Origin: the human T2T-CHM13v2.0 reference genome, Homo sapiens | Assembly (NCBI RefSeq): GCF_009914755.1 | Contig: NC_060929.1 | DNA length: 64,000 nt | Reading direction: 5' to 3' (one strand) | In this document: positions 1 through 15,524 of the stretch, piece after piece | How positions within the stretch are numbered: the first letter of the stretch is position 1 | Layout: every line of letters begins with the position of its first letter | Notes under the pieces: generated by a model | Databases searched by the model: none | Told to the model about the DNA's origin: nothing | What the model saw: the letters and a program-made list of their open reading frames with translations, nothing else | Position numbers and translations under genes: made by a program

Positions 1-180
1 GAGACAGTTTAGTGGGACTGAGTCCTTAGTCTTGGTATCTGACAACTGCAGGCTGAAGGTATCAGAATTGAATTTAATTAGAGGACACCCAGCTGGTATC
101 TGCTGGAGATGTGCTTGGTATGAGGGAAAATAACCCCACACATCTAGTGTCAGAAGTGTTGTGTTGAGTGGTATTCAAAT
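1..180 (+). mobile_element. MER21-family LTR, 3' part (runs off window start)
   Basis: Motifs GTGGGACTGAG, TCAGAATTGAATT, GGACACCCAGCTGGT and CCCCACACAT..GTGTCAGAAGTGTTGTG follow the recalled MER21B/C 3' end in order. Confidence 0.75.
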
Positions 181-900
181 TTTTTCTTTTCTCTCTTAAA
201 TATGTGTTGTTTCACTTTTGTTTATAAAGCAAAAAAAAAAAAATCACTTTCCACATATAATTTTTATTTCCTAGTAAAGGTCTTAATGATAACTGCTTAT
301 CATTAAGCATAATGAAGCTACTACTTACAAAAATAAATCATAATAAATGCTGATTAATGTAAAGATAATCTATAAATGTAATTAATTAATATAATTGAAT
401 TTAAATTTGCAGCAAAATCAATGAATCGGGCAAATAATTTTATTCACAAACATTAGATTGGATAAAATCTAATGAATTGATTTATTTTATGCATTTGTTA
501 AACATCATTTAGATGCACTAAATTTTCTATTAAAATCAAAACTGAATGTAAAACCATCATTCACAATTTCAAACTTGAGTGTAATTTTTCTTGCTTTCCA
601 TTTACTATGATATCACATTATAGATTTATGATTAATTTGAATTAAAATATGTTTTGAAACACTTAGATTTATTTGTTTCTAACCTGCTAGTAAGTTTCCA
701 AATAAAATTATTTGCCCTTATTAAAATGCTGCATGTACTATCGGAATTAAAAAGTTATCCAATATCTATGTGTGTGAGGTTGCCTATGCTTCTATAGCTG
801 GGCACCAGTCAATAACAAATATGTTCTTAGCCCCAACTCAGCAAGTTTAGATTATTTTTCAGCCTTAAAAATAGAAAAGAAAAAGACTCAACTCACATAA

Positions 901-1255
<355 letters not shown>

Positions 1256-1444
1256 AGGATTTTTTTGACTATAGAGTATTAATTTTTTAACAAAATTACT
1301 AGCCTAGGAACTGTCCAAAAGATAATTTTCAGAAATTAATTTAATTCTTATAAACGTCTAGTCCTGGAGAGTTTAAATGAAGCAACTTAGGAGACTGTTT
1401 ACCAGTAGTCTCTTCATGTCAATGATCATGTACTTTTTAGACTA

Positions 1445-1892
1445 CCGCTGTCAGACAGAAAGATAATACAAAGCCACATTTGTAACGTTATATTTTCTAG
1501 TAAGCATGCTGTGAGAGTAAAATGGGTGAAATTAATTGTGCTACAATATTTTATTTTAATTATATCCTAAATGATATCATTTCAACATGTAACCAACATA
1601 AAAAACTATTAATGTGATAGCTCACATTCTCTTTTTCATAGTAAGTCTTAAAAATCTGTGCACATTTTACGTTGATAGCACATTTCAATTTGAACACATT
1701 TTCAACAAAGTGAAATGTAATCTTAGCAAAAAAATTACAGTTGTGTTTAACAGAAAATTACATTACTTTAAAGCTCATGAATTAAAATTTAAATTAATTT
1801 AAATTGAATAAAGTTAAAATTTCACTTCCTCAGTTGCACTAGCTACATTTTAGCTGTTCAATTGACTCATGTGCTTACAGGCTACCACACCA
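1445..1892. mobile_element. hAT-Charlie DNA transposon relic (Charlie1/MER33-like)
   Basis: AGCCACAT..TTTTCTAGTA, TCATTTCAACATGTAA, GCACATTTCAATT, TTCCTCAGTTGCACTAGCTACATTT and GGCTACC match the recalled Charlie1/MER33 layout. Confidence 0.7.
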
Positions 1893-2384
1893 TACCTTAT
1901 GGTTCTAAACCAAGTAAGAGACCAGACAAATCTGAGTCTATTTCATGAATAATTCATCATTTTAAATAAAATACACTCCTAAATATACAATATTTCCCTC
2001 AGTTTATTAAGTGTGTGGTATTTTAAATTATTATGTTTTCTAAAATGTTACTCTCAAAATGTTATAGTCACTGTGAACCTGAATGATAAGCTTGTAACAG
2101 CATAGCCTTTCATTTTTTTCTTAAAATGTATACAGATGAATACTTGCCATTTTTGAAGTGACTAGTTTCATTATCACTAAATTAATTTAGTTTAAATTTT
2201 ATTGATATATTTTTCAGTGATTCAACCTATAAAATGGTCACATTCATTGAACAAGAGAGCAAAATTTTAATACTGTTCTGTATTAAGGAGCAGAGAACAT
2301 AACCAAGGGCTTCACTTTGTATAAAAAGATGAGTGGATTCTCGAAGAGAAAAGCATGGAAGCTGGCATCAAAAGCAATGAAACG

Positions 2385-2828
2385 TCCTAATGCGGGGCTT
2401 AAAACCTAGATGATGGCAAACCACCATGGCACATGTATACCTATGTAAAAAACCACCACAGCACACATATACCTATGTAAAAAACCACCACGGCACACAT
2501 ATACCTATGTAAAAAACCACCACGGCACACGTATAACCATGTAAAAAACCACCACGGCACACGTATACCTACATAAAAAACCACCAGGGCACACGTATAC
2601 CTACGTAGAAAACCACCACGGCACACGTATACCTACGTAGAAAACCACCACGGCACACGTATACCTACGTAGAAAACCACCACGGCACACGTATACCTAC
2701 ATAGAAAACCACCATGGCACATGTATACCCACGTAGAAAACCACCATGGCACATGTATACCCATGTAACAAACCTGCACGTTCAGCACATGTATCCCAAA
2801 ACTTAAAGTAAAATTAAAAAGAAAAAAA
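2385..2828 (+). mobile_element. Short 5'-truncated L1PA (L1PA7/8-like) 3' end containing an internal minisatellite
   Basis: CCTAATGCGGGGCTTAAAACCTAGATGA...AACAAACCTGCACGTT..CACATGTATCCC..AACTTAAAGTAAAA plus A tail; TSD AAAAGCAATGAAA at 2370-2382 and 2825-2837. Confidence 0.9.
2421..2766 (+). repeat. Minisatellite, 11 copies of a 32-bp unit (CCACCAYGGCACAYGTATACCTAYGTARAAAA)
   Basis: Units start every 32 bp from 2421 to 2741 with no spacers. Confidence 0.95.
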
Positions 2829-3269
2829 GCAATGAAATGAACCATGGAAAGACTGATCACGGCATCTCGGTTTCACCCAAACAACACATCCATCTGATTT
2901 GAATTGTGTGCTTGAAGTAAGAACTAATGCAAAGATCAGGGAAACAGAATATTAGAAATGAAATAAGTGAATGGTAAAGTGTTTCTGTTTACTCTTCTAT
3001 CATTGTTTTTTCTAAATTCAATATAAATTATTATCAAAAGAGACAATAGTGATGATAAAATATGAAATTAATTTATGTCCACATAACAAAAAGGAATGTG
3101 AGGGAGAGAGAAGTTGGAAACAACAATATAAGAGGAATAAGAATGAATTCCTAGAGGAAGTAATGAAAATTGATTACTTCAGCCTGAGGTAGAATTAATA
3201 TAAATGTGAATGAATTCATGCAGACACACTACTTTTAGGAGATGAAGTTACACTGAACAAAGCATTATT

Positions 3270-3440
3270 ATGTGATGTGAGAAAAACTTGAATTCGATAT
3301 TACTTAACACAGTCACTGAAAAGCCACTCCATCTTTCTGAATCTGAATTTCATCTTTTATAAAATGGAGTTAATTGATTTTAGAGATATTAAGAGTATAA
3401 ATAATATCCTAGCATTCAGACATTCAATAAATATTAGGTT
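3270..3440 (+). mobile_element. MIR relic
   Basis: TCTGAATCTGAATTTCATCTTTTATAAAATGGAG core and CATTCAATAAATATTAG end. Confidence 0.5.
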
Positions 3441-3489
3441 TGTTTATAATGTTAAGATATACTGTAGTAACAATAGTAGCTGTGAATAA

Positions 3490-3700
3490 ATAAGCCCTTA
3501 CACACATTTTTAATTATAGGCTTACTCAGTATCTTTGAATCCTTTCAAATAGCTCATCAGAGTGAAATTATTATCTTCTTTGAGACATGGAAATCTGCCT
3601 CCAGAAATATCAAGTAACAAGCAAAATTACCTCACCAGTATGCTGAAGAGCAGGAGCTCAAACAGGGGTAATCCAGAAACCCTGCTCTGAAACACCCTCC
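3490..3700 (-). mobile_element. MIR relic
   Basis: Degenerate reverse MIR core (ATTATTATC..GACATGGAAATCTG..CAGAAATATCAAGTAAC..GAGCAGGAGCTCAAAC). Confidence 0.45.
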
Positions 3701-3919
3701 GAGCTATAAGACAGTGTACACTCTTACTTTATATATCATCAGAAATGTTTAACTTCATATTTTAATTATCAAATCCTCCTACCTGTGGCCTACAATGTAT
3801 TTATCATAGAAAACCTGCTGTGTGGTATCTGGACAAAACAGGGTATTGGTGGTCACCATGTTTGATAATATAATAATATCGACTCATCTACATGTTTGTA
3901 TAGATCAATACAGACAGCT

Positions 3920-3991
3920 CTGACTCTGCTTTATCAACTACATTTATGAAATATCCTAATCCTGTAGTTGTCATTTTAAGAATGTTCACAG
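3920..3991 (-). mobile_element. Isolated internal Tigger1 fragment (displaced copy)
   Basis: CTGCTTTATCAACTACATTTATGAAATATCCTAATCCTGTAGTTGTCATTTTAAGAATGTTCACAG matches a Tigger1 internal segment that is absent from the element at 6224-8650. Confidence 0.75.
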
Positions 3992-3994
3992 ACC

Positions 3995-4269
3995 CTTTGG
4001 GAGCTGAGACGGGTGGATCATGAGGTCAGGAATTTGAGACCAGCTTGGCCAACATGGTAAAAACTCATCTCTACTAAAAATACAAAAATTACCCAGGCGT
4101 GGTGTCAGGCACCTGTAATACCCACTACTCAGAAGGCTCAGGTGGGAGAATTGCTTGAAGCCAGGAGACGGAGGTTGCAGTGAGCCGAGATTGTTCCACT
4201 GCACCCCAGGCTGGGCAACAGAGCAAGGCTTCATCTCAAAATAAATAAATAAATAAATAAATACATAAA
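3995..4269 (+). mobile_element. 5'-truncated Alu (AluS-type)
   Basis: Starts CTTTGGGAG, ends in a (TAAA)n tail; 17-bp TSD AAGAATGTTCACAGACC at 3978-3994 and 4270-4286. Confidence 0.93.
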
Positions 4270-4283
4270 AAGAATGTTCACAG

Positions 4284-4507
<224 letters not shown>

Positions 4508-5249
4508 CTACAAACCTATGTTTTCATCAAAAGCCAAGTAATCAAACAAATAAAATAAGTAAAATAAGTAATAAGTAAATAAGTAAACAAATAAACCTAA
4601 TAAATAAAAACCAACCAACCAAATCCCTTATACTGAAACTTATAATTTTATCCCTTGCACTGAAATTCAGAAATGTTTTCCCTCTTTTCATTCATAGTGC
4701 CCATTCAGACACCACACCTTACTTATTCTTTACTCATACTGACTTTTGAGTTATGTACTTCTTGAATTATTTATGTTCCCTGAAGAAATGCTATGGTAAA
4801 ATTCTGAGAAAAAGAAATGGGATAAATTATATTGAGATGTGTCTTCAACATTTTTCCAGTGTTTTTGAATTGCACAGTGTTTATTTAGCACAATGTCAAT
4901 TATAACAACTGTCTTGAAATAATATTCCCGATGTTGATAAAAAGACCAGATTTGTAAGCTAAATATTTTGTGGAATTTCTAATTTCGAATATATTTATAC
5001 TTATGCTTAAGTAGTCGAAATAATGAAACTATGATTAATGAGGTGCATATCATGTATGTATTACATGCATTTCTCATGTAACTCTATAGATTTATAAGAT
5101 ACGTGTATTAATTACAGTCAAGGAATGTAAAGTTTATAGAATTTGAGAAAATGGTTAAAAAGTATACAAATGTTGAGTTTCCAACTTTTACCTTACATCA
5201 AATCCTATGCTTTCTACATACGGTAGCATAAATTGTTAAATAGGTCTCT

Positions 5250-6160
5250 GTGTCTTTCTCCTGAACATGGTTTCTGAATGTTTATATACCAAGTGATAAA
5301 CCTGTATTTCCTCACCTTCAAAACCACATTCCTCTTTTCTTCTTTCTCACATAAAGAAACCACACACTTATATACTTAGTTGATCAAATTATAAAATAGA
5401 AAATGTCTTGTTTTCTTTTCGTCTTTCCCCACACAATCCTTCAGCATGTTCTGATGAACCCACTAGCAAAATCTCCATATTACTTTCTTATTTCTTCACT
5501 GCTAAGAAACTAGACCAAATTATCATCATTCATCAATTGGAGTATTCCATTTCCATAACTGGTTTTGATGTTTCCAGTAATTAACTACAACATTAATTTG
5601 TTCATATTGACCAGAGTGTTATTTAAAATTATAAATTATGTCATATTAATCCCTTGCTTGAAATTCATTTGTGTCATTTCATTGTACTAAAAGTGAAATG
5701 CCCAAAACTTCCTTTGATCTTCTAAGCCTTCTTATCTGGCTTTGCTTACTTTCCCATCTTCATCTAGCATGGCTCTTTTTATCAACTCACTCTATTCTCA
5801 CAAGCTTTCTGTTCCTAGAATGTACCAAGCCTTACTTCACAAAATTTGTACTTTCTTTTCATATGCCTAGAAGATTTTTTTCCCTCATCTCTTTTGTGCA
5901 GGCTCTTTTTCAACGTTCAGCTCTCTACATGTAACCTACTCAGAAAGGATTTGGTAGTCTGATGTTTTTAAACAAATTATTCTAGCATACCACATTCTTA
6001 CTTCCAGAATGTCTCTCAATCTGAGATGAACTCTGTGTATTTGGTCATTGCCTGCTTACTCTACTGGATAGAATATAAAATCTAGATTCACTTCATCATG
6101 CCTGACTTTGGAAAAAGGCCTGACATCATAGGCCCTGTACCAATGCTTGTGAAATATGTG
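5250..6160 (+). mobile_element. L2 LINE 3' relic
   Basis: Pyrimidine-rich degenerate L2 motifs (TTTCTGTTCCTAGAATGTACCAAGC, TAACCTACTCAGAAAGG, GCCTGACATCATAGG). Confidence 0.6.
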
Positions 6161-6547
6161 TCTAGAAGGTACATTTAGTGAGAGAATAAGAATCATTTTT
6201 TGTTTGTACAGGAAAAAAATGTACGCAAGGACAACTTAGAGATATCACAGATTCGGTTTCAGATCACCACAGTAAAGTGAAGATAGAAATAAATTGGGTC
6301 ACATATTTTTTATTGGTTTCCCAGTGCATTAAAAAGCTATCTTTAAATTATAGTCTCTTCAGTGTACAATAATATTGTCTAAAAACGTGGATATCTTAAC
6401 TTAAAATATTGCTGAAAATTATGATTATATGAACCTTCAGCAAGTAACAATCTTTTCGCTGCAAAGGGCCTTGCCTTGATGTTGATAGCTGCTGACTTAT
6501 CAGGGTGCTGCTTGTTGAAGTTTGGGGGTGGCTGTGCAGTTTCTTAA

Positions 6548-6882
6548 AATACCCACTACTCGGGAGGCTGAGGCAGGAGAATTGCTTGAACCCGTGAGGC
6601 GGAGGTTGTAGTGAGCTGAGATTGCACCACTGCACCCCAGGCTGGGTAACAGAGCAAGCCTTCATCTTGAAAAAAAACAATAAATAAATAAAAAGAATGT
6701 TCACAGACCAAAGCAGGTGGATCACTTGAGGCCAGGAGATTGAGACCAGCCTGGCCAACATGCCATGTCTACTAAAAATACAAAAAAAAAAAAATAGCGA
6801 GGTGTGGTGGCACACACTTGTAATCCCAGCTACTTGGGAGGCTGAGGCATGGTAATTGTTTGAACCCAAGAGGCAGAGGTTG
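6548..6882 (+). repeat. Second copy of the Alu-right-arm + TSD + Alu block at 4117-4462, inside Tigger1
   Basis: Shares non-consensus features with the upstream block: ATACCCACTACTC, GCACCCCAGGCTGGG, AAGAATGTTCACAGACCAAAGCAGG, CAACATGCCATGTCTAC. Confidence 0.92.
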
Positions 6883-7030
6883 AACCCATAAGAAACAACT
6901 CCTCACCTATTTGTTTTACTAATGTTCTTTCTTAAAGGCATCAAGAATGGTAAATTATTTCTAGAAGGTTTTCAATTTACATTGTCCAGCTCCATCAGAG
7001 GAATCACTATCTATGGTAGCTATAGCCTTA

Positions 7031-7170
7031 ATTTTTTTTTTCTCCAACTGTTAGTGTAGGTTCAGAGTGTGCATGTGCAGGTTTGTTACTTATGTAAAGT
7101 GTGTGTCACTGGAGTTTGGTGTACAAATGATCCTGTCACCCAGATCGTGAGCACAGTATCTGAGGGTTGA
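7031..7170 (-). mobile_element. Short L1PA15-17-like 3' end inserted in Tigger1
   Basis: T run, then CATGTGCAGGTTTGTTAC..GTTTGGTGTACAAATGAT..GTCACCCAG..GTGAGCACAGTA. Confidence 0.8.
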
Positions 7171-8794
7171 AAAGCAAGATGTATTTTTTGAATAATAAAA
7201 AATTGAAAGTTGAAATTACTCTGATCCATAGGCTGAAGAATAGATGTTGTGTCAATAGACATGAAAACAACATTAATCTACTTGTACATTTCAGTCAGGG
7301 TTTTGGGGGTTTATCAGGTGTATTGTCACTGAGAAGTAATATTTTGAAAGAAATCTTTTTGTTTTCTGTGCAGTAGTTCTCAACAATGGGCTCAAAATAT
7401 TTATTAAACCATGCTGTAAAAAATGTTTCTGTCATCCAGGCTTTGTTGTTCCATTTATAGAACACAGGCAGAGTAGATTTAGCAAAATTCTAAACTGGCC
7501 TTGGAATTTTCAGAATGGCAAGTGACCATTGGCTTCATCTTAAAGCCACCAGCTGCATTAGCTCCTAAAGTGAGAGTCGGCCTGTTCTTCAAAGCTTTAA
7601 AAACCAGGCATTTACTTCTCTCTACATGAAAGTTTTAGATGGCATGATGGAAGCTTCTTCCAATATAAGACGGTTTCCCTACATTGATAATCTGTTGTTT
7701 TGTGTAACCATTTTCATCAAAGATCTTAGCTGAATCTTCTGGATAACTTGTTGCAGCTTCTACATCAGCACTTGCTGCTTCACTTTGCGTATCTCCATTA
7801 TGGAGACGGCTTCTTTCCTCAAACCTAGTGAACCAACTTCCACTAGCTTCCAACTTTTCTTCTGCTGCTTTCTCACCTCTCTCAGTCTTCATAGAGTTGA
7901 AGAGCGTTTAAATCCTTGCTCTGGAATGGGCTTTGGCTTAAGCAAATGTTGTGGCTTGTTTGATCTTCTAAGCAGACCAGTAAAACTTTCTTCATATCAG
8001 CAATACAGCTATTTTGCTTTCTTATCATTGGTGTGTTCACTGCAGTAGCACTTTTTATTTTCCTTCAAGAACTTTTGCTTTGCATCCACAACCTGGCTTA
8101 CTCTTTGATGCAAAAGGCCTAGCTTTGGGTCTGTCTTGTCCTTTGGCATGCCTTTTTCACCAAGCTTAATCATTTCCAGCTTGCAATTTAAAGACAGGTA
8201 TGGAATTCTTCCTTTCACTTGAACACTTAGAGGCCATTACACAATTTTTTTAAGCCTAATTTTAATATTACTGTGTCTCAGGGCATAAGGAGGCCTGATG
8301 AGAGGGAGAGAGATAGGGGAATGGCTGGTTCTTAGAGCACCCATAACACACACAGGATTTATTGATAGAGTTCATCATTTTATAAGGGCACCCCAAAAAA
8401 ATTACAATAGTAACATGAAAGACCAGGGATCACAGATCACCACAACATGCACAATAATAGTGACAAAGTTTGAAATACTGGGAGAATTGCCAAACGTGAT
8501 ATGGAGATATGAAGTGAGCACATGCTATTGAAAAAATGACGTGAGTTGACTTACTCCATGCAGGGTTGCTATAAACCTTACATTTGTAAAAGAGCAATAT
8601 ATGTGAAGCGCAGTAAAGTAAAATCACAATAAATAGTACAGGTATGACTGCACCCACTGGCACAAACCTACAGAAGTCCTGCTGCACACGGAAGTATATA
8701 TTGTAATCATTACACTCAAGGCTGCTACTATTTTACTTGATATTTCCAAATAGATGAACAGATTTATAAATAAATTATGTTAATTTATTAAGTT

Positions 8795-10346
<1,552 letters not shown>

Positions 10347-13300
10347 GTCCTGTAGAAAATGAAAAACAATAATAAATGGCTATTAAAAAATAGAAACTAT
10401 CAAGAATTGAATAACATTTAAAAGGGAGCACTATTAATGTTATGTAGACATGTGCTGATTTATCTTAAGAATGATTAAATTTTAGAGGATTCTTTGGTGC
10501 AGAAGGAAGATAGTAGAATAGGGAACCCCAAGCTCTTCTTCCCATAGACACACCAATTCAACAATAATGCAAGTATAAGTTCCTTTTGTTAGAAATACAT
10601 AAACTAGTCAAAAGGCTTTGGCATGCTTCGTTAGCCACATTAAAACTGGTAGGAAAATTGGAAGCAATATCTCAGTATAATCCTATCCGTGGTGCAGCAT
10701 TATATAATAAGGAGGAAACTTCTAGCTGTCAACCTCTTCCTAGGAAAAGAGCTAGACCATGGGTCAAATATTCCAACTTATCCAGGGGCTATTCAAGGAA
10801 TTTGCTTCAGTCTTGCCTGTCTTGAAGCAATGATGAGATCCCATATACACTAGACCCCCAGGTATTTAAAAGAACAATATAGTAGTCTAAACTGGCACAG
10901 ACACTTGCCACAGCTATCTGGCTAACTGCAGAGCAAGTAGGTGAAAAATCAAGCTTTCATTTTTTCCCAGGGGAGGGAAAGATTTGGACCACACAACCAA
11001 TGTTTCAACTTCTCAGAATGATGTGAGAATGATTGGCTTCTGCCTCATCTATCACAGAGAACTAAAGAGACTTGGCATACTCTAGACACCTAGGGGCCAC
11101 TAAGAAAAAAGACAGTGGTTTAGGGTAGCACAAAGGTTTTAGAGAACCCCCAGAATCTCCGGCTGGGTTGGTTGGTGATGATTTTCTCCTAATTGAAGTC
11201 AATCCATGAAGATTGGTAGAGGTGATAGATTTTTCTAATGCATATACACCAATGAGGAAAAAAAAAAAAACTCGTAGAAGTTCTCAACAGAATCTCAGGG
11301 AAAAAATGAACTAGCCACATAATAAAAAGGACCAAACCGAAATTTTAGTGAAAGAAGAAAGTAACCTCACTAAAACATTCAATAGAAGGATTCAGTAGCA
11401 GACTAGATTAAACAGAAGAATGTAACACTAGCTTAAATGCAGGTTGCTTTGAATATCACAGTCAGAAAAGAAAAAAAAATAATTTTTTTTTTAAAAAAAC
11501 TTGAAGAAAACATAAGGCACTTATTGGACATCATCAAGGAGACAAATATACACATTAGAGTTCCAGAAGAAAAAGAGAGGAAAGGACAGAAAACTTATTC
11601 AAATTGATAATAGGTGAAAATTTCCCTAATCCCAATGAAGAAATGAACATCTAATTCAGAAATCCTAAAAGACTCTCTCTGCCTCAATAAGATAAAACCA
11701 AGGAAATCCACACTGTGGCACATCAATTAAAGTATCAATAGTCAAAGATAAGAAGATATATTTGAAAGCAACAAGAAAAAAGAGACTTATAACATACAAG
11801 GGAATCTCCATAACAATATCAGGTTACCTCTCAGTAGAAACTTTTTAGGCCAAAAGGGCCTGGGATAAATTACTGAAAGAAAAAAACTACCAGCCAAGAA
11901 TCCCATAACCAGCAAAATTGTTCTTCAAAAATGAAGAGGGATAAAGACTTTCCCCGGTAAATAAAAAAAGGTGAGGGAGATCATCACCACTAGACTTACC
12001 TTACAGGAAATGTTAAATTGAAAACAATGCTCAAATTGAAACAAAAGTATGCCAAAGAGCAGCATGATAGCCTACCAAGTATAAAACTCATTGGTAGAGG
12101 TAAAAATATAGACAAATACAGAATAATGCATTTTTTTAATCTTGGGGGTAAATCCTTTCAATTCTATATAAGAGGTAAAATAAAAAGAGATAAAGTGTGA
12201 CATCATTAACAAAGTTTTGAGGGAAGAAGTAAAATATAGAATTTGTATGCCATTGAAGTTAAGTTCTGATTAGTGCAAATAGACTGTTATTAGTGTGAGA
12301 TATTTAAGTAAATCTTATGCCAACCATGAAGAAAATGCAAATATAAATTATACAAAAAAGAGAAAGAAATGAAAGCATATTAATACTAAATATAAAATAA
12401 AAATACAAAGCAAGACAGTATAAGAGGGGAAAAAGGTGCCTAAGAACTAAGAAGAACAGAAATTAATTCATGAGATGGGCATAGTAAATTCTTCCCTATC
12501 AATAACTACTTTAAATGTAAATGTGAAAGACACACCAATAAAACATATGGAACAGACCAATAAATAACAATAGGATCCAACAATATGTTTTCTACAAGAG
12601 ATTCTAGATTTAAATAAATAATGAGATGGAAAAAATATTTTACACAAATAGTAATTAAAACAAAGAAAGCTAGGAATACTTATCTCAGAAAAAAATTAGA
12701 CTTTACGTTAAAAACAACTGCAAACTGCAAGAGACAAAGAAGGACATTACATAATGATAAAAGAATAAATTGACTAGGAAGTTATAACAATTATAGATAT
12801 GTATGCCTCTAACATTAAAACATATAAATATATTAAAAATTTCACAAAATTGAAGGGAAGACAATAATTGTAGGTAACTACAATACCACACTTAAGGAAA
12901 CATGATGTAAGCAACACTATAGAGCGAATGAACCTAACAGGCATATACAGAGCATTTTACCCCAAAGCAAAAGAACATAAATTCTTCTGAAGTGTACACG
13001 AAACATTCTTCAAGATACAGCAAATATTAGGCCACAAAACATGTCTTAACACATTTAATAAGATTGATATCAAGCTAATATTTTGACAACCACAGTGGGA
13101 TAAAACTAGTTTGATACCAGAAGAAAATAGAAAAGTTCAAAAATATGTGTAAATTAAACAATATACATTTGAACAACCAGGAGGTCAAAAAAGAGATGAT
13201 AATATAAATATGCAATTGCTTTGATAACAATTTTTTAAAAATCATGACATACCAAACCTTATGAGATGTTGTAAAAGCAGTACTAAGAGGAAAGTTTATA

Positions 13301-15524
13301 TTGATAAATACCTACTTAATAAAATAAAGATCTTAAATAAACAACCTAACTTTACATCTCAACAAACAAGAAAAAGAACAAAGCCCAAAGTTAGCAGAAG
13401 AACATAATAAAGATTAGAGCAGAAATAAAGCCAATAGAGAATGTAAAACAGAAGAAACTCAACATCAAAACTGAGTTAATATTTTGAAAAAAAAGTTGAC
13501 ATATCCTTAGCTAGACTAACTAAGAATAAAAAAGAAAAGAGAAATAGAAACAGAAATTAAACAGGAGGCATTATGAATGATGTCACAGAAAAAGAAAGGA
13601 TTATACAAATTACTATAAACACTTGTATGCTAAGAAACCAGGTAAACTAGAAGAAACATATAAATTACTGGAAATATACAACCTAGCTAGACTGAATTAT
13701 GAAGAAATAGAAAATCTAAATGGATTTATAATAAGAAGATTAAGTCATTATTCAAAAAACTCTCAAAAAAGAAAAATCTATAGCAGATGGCATCACTGGT
13801 GAATTCTATAAAATATTTGGAGAAGAATTAATGCAAATCCTTCCTAAACTCTGCAAAAGAATTGAACAGGAGTAAACACTCATAAGCTAATTATATGAGG
13901 CCAGCATTAATCTGATACCAAAGCCAGACAAAAACACCACAAAAAGGAAAACTACAGACCAATATACTAGAATTAATACACATACAAAAGTCTTCAACAA
14001 AGTGCTAGCAAACTGAAACAATAGCACATTAAAATGTCTCCATACCATGATTAAATGGGACTTATCTCTGGGATGTAAAGATGATTTATAAAACAAAAAT
14101 TAATTAGTCTAATAGACTACATTAACGAAATAAAAACTTAAAATCTCATGATTACCTCATAGATGCAAATAAGCATTTGACAATAATGAGCACACTTTCA
14201 TGATAAAAACTATCAAAAAACTAATAATAGAAGAAAAGTACCTCAATATAATAATGGCCATATCCTCTGCTATATTATAAAGAGCAGCAAAAAGGCCAAG
14301 AGTAACACATTCAAGGGTGAAAACTTGAAAGCTATTCTTCCAACATCAGAAACATGAGAAGGATGTCCATTCTTGGCACATTTATTTAACATAATCCTGT
14401 GAATCTCAGCAAGATCCATTGAACATAAAAAAGGAATAACAGGCATCCAAATTAGAAAAAAAATATATAAAATTTTCTTTGTAGGCAAATGCCATGATTT
14501 TATATGTAGAAACGTTAAAGTCTCCATTTAAAATAAAAAAGCTCTTTTCTTTTTTGGTTTCCATACACTAACAGCAAACTACGTGAAAAGGAAATTAGAA
14601 AATATCATTCACAATAGTATTAAAGGAATAAAATACTTAAGAATAAAGTTAACTAAAGAGGCAAAAATCTTATCCTGAAAACTAAAAACTACAGAACATT
14701 GATGAAAGAAATTAAAGATGACACAAACAAGTGAGACGATATCCCATATTTCTGGATTGTAATACTTAACATTGTTAAAATGTCTGCACTGTTTAAATCA
14801 ATCTACAGATTTAATAAAATCTTTATGAAAGTCCCAATTAATTTTTTATAAAATATAGAAACAATTCTCAAATTCATATGGAAACACAAAGGACTCAAAA
14901 CAGCAAATCTTAAGAACAAAAAACCCACAAAGCTAGAGATATCACACATCTTGGGCTCAAAATAATATTGCAATGATACAGTAAGTAAAACAGTGTGCTA
15001 CTGGCATAAAAACCAACATATAGACCAATAAAACATGATAGCTCAGAAACAAATTCCCACACACGGTCAGCTGTTGTTGGACAAAAGTGCCTACAATACA
15101 CAATAGGGAAAAGAGTATCTTCAACTAATTGTGTTAAGAAAACAGAATATTATATACACAAAAAAAAGTCCCTTAACTAACTGTAGTACACACAAAAATC
15201 AACAAAAATGGATTAAAGACTTAAATGTAAGAACTCAAAATGTAAAACTCTTAACAGAAAGCATAGAGGAAAAGCTTCATGACTTTGCTGTTGGCAACGA
15301 ATCCATGGATTTCCTGCATAACACATAACAAAGGTATGAACAGCAAAATGATGGATAAACGGGACTACATGACACAAAGAAGCTTCTGCACAGGAAAATA
15401 AATAATCAACAAAGTGAAAAAAAAAACAGGCAAAGAATTGTTGAAAATGTTCACAAACTGTGTACCTGATAAGGAGTTAATTTCTATCCAAAACATATAA
15501 GGAATTCCTATAACTGAATAGTAA

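Larger units (their letters stand above)
6224..8650 (-). mobile_element. Near full-length Tigger1 (pogo) DNA transposon fossil with internal deletions and insertions
   Basis: Right terminus CAGGTATGACTG at ~8639-8650 and a degenerate left terminus; minus-strand transposase remnants start ATG at 8237 (MASKCS), then LNCKLEMIKL..LGLLHQRVSQVV and [27 protein letters not shown]; frames broken. Confidence 0.93.

Noticed and set aside
2421-2766. CRISPR-like array (32-bp repeats)
   Set aside because: Units are head-to-tail with no spacers, derive from the L1 3' UTR, and there are no cas genes in this primate DNA.
7635-8237. TIGD1-like domesticated transposase gene
   Set aside because: Frames are broken, the C-terminal region is deleted and interrupted by Alu and L1, and it lies within transposon ends.
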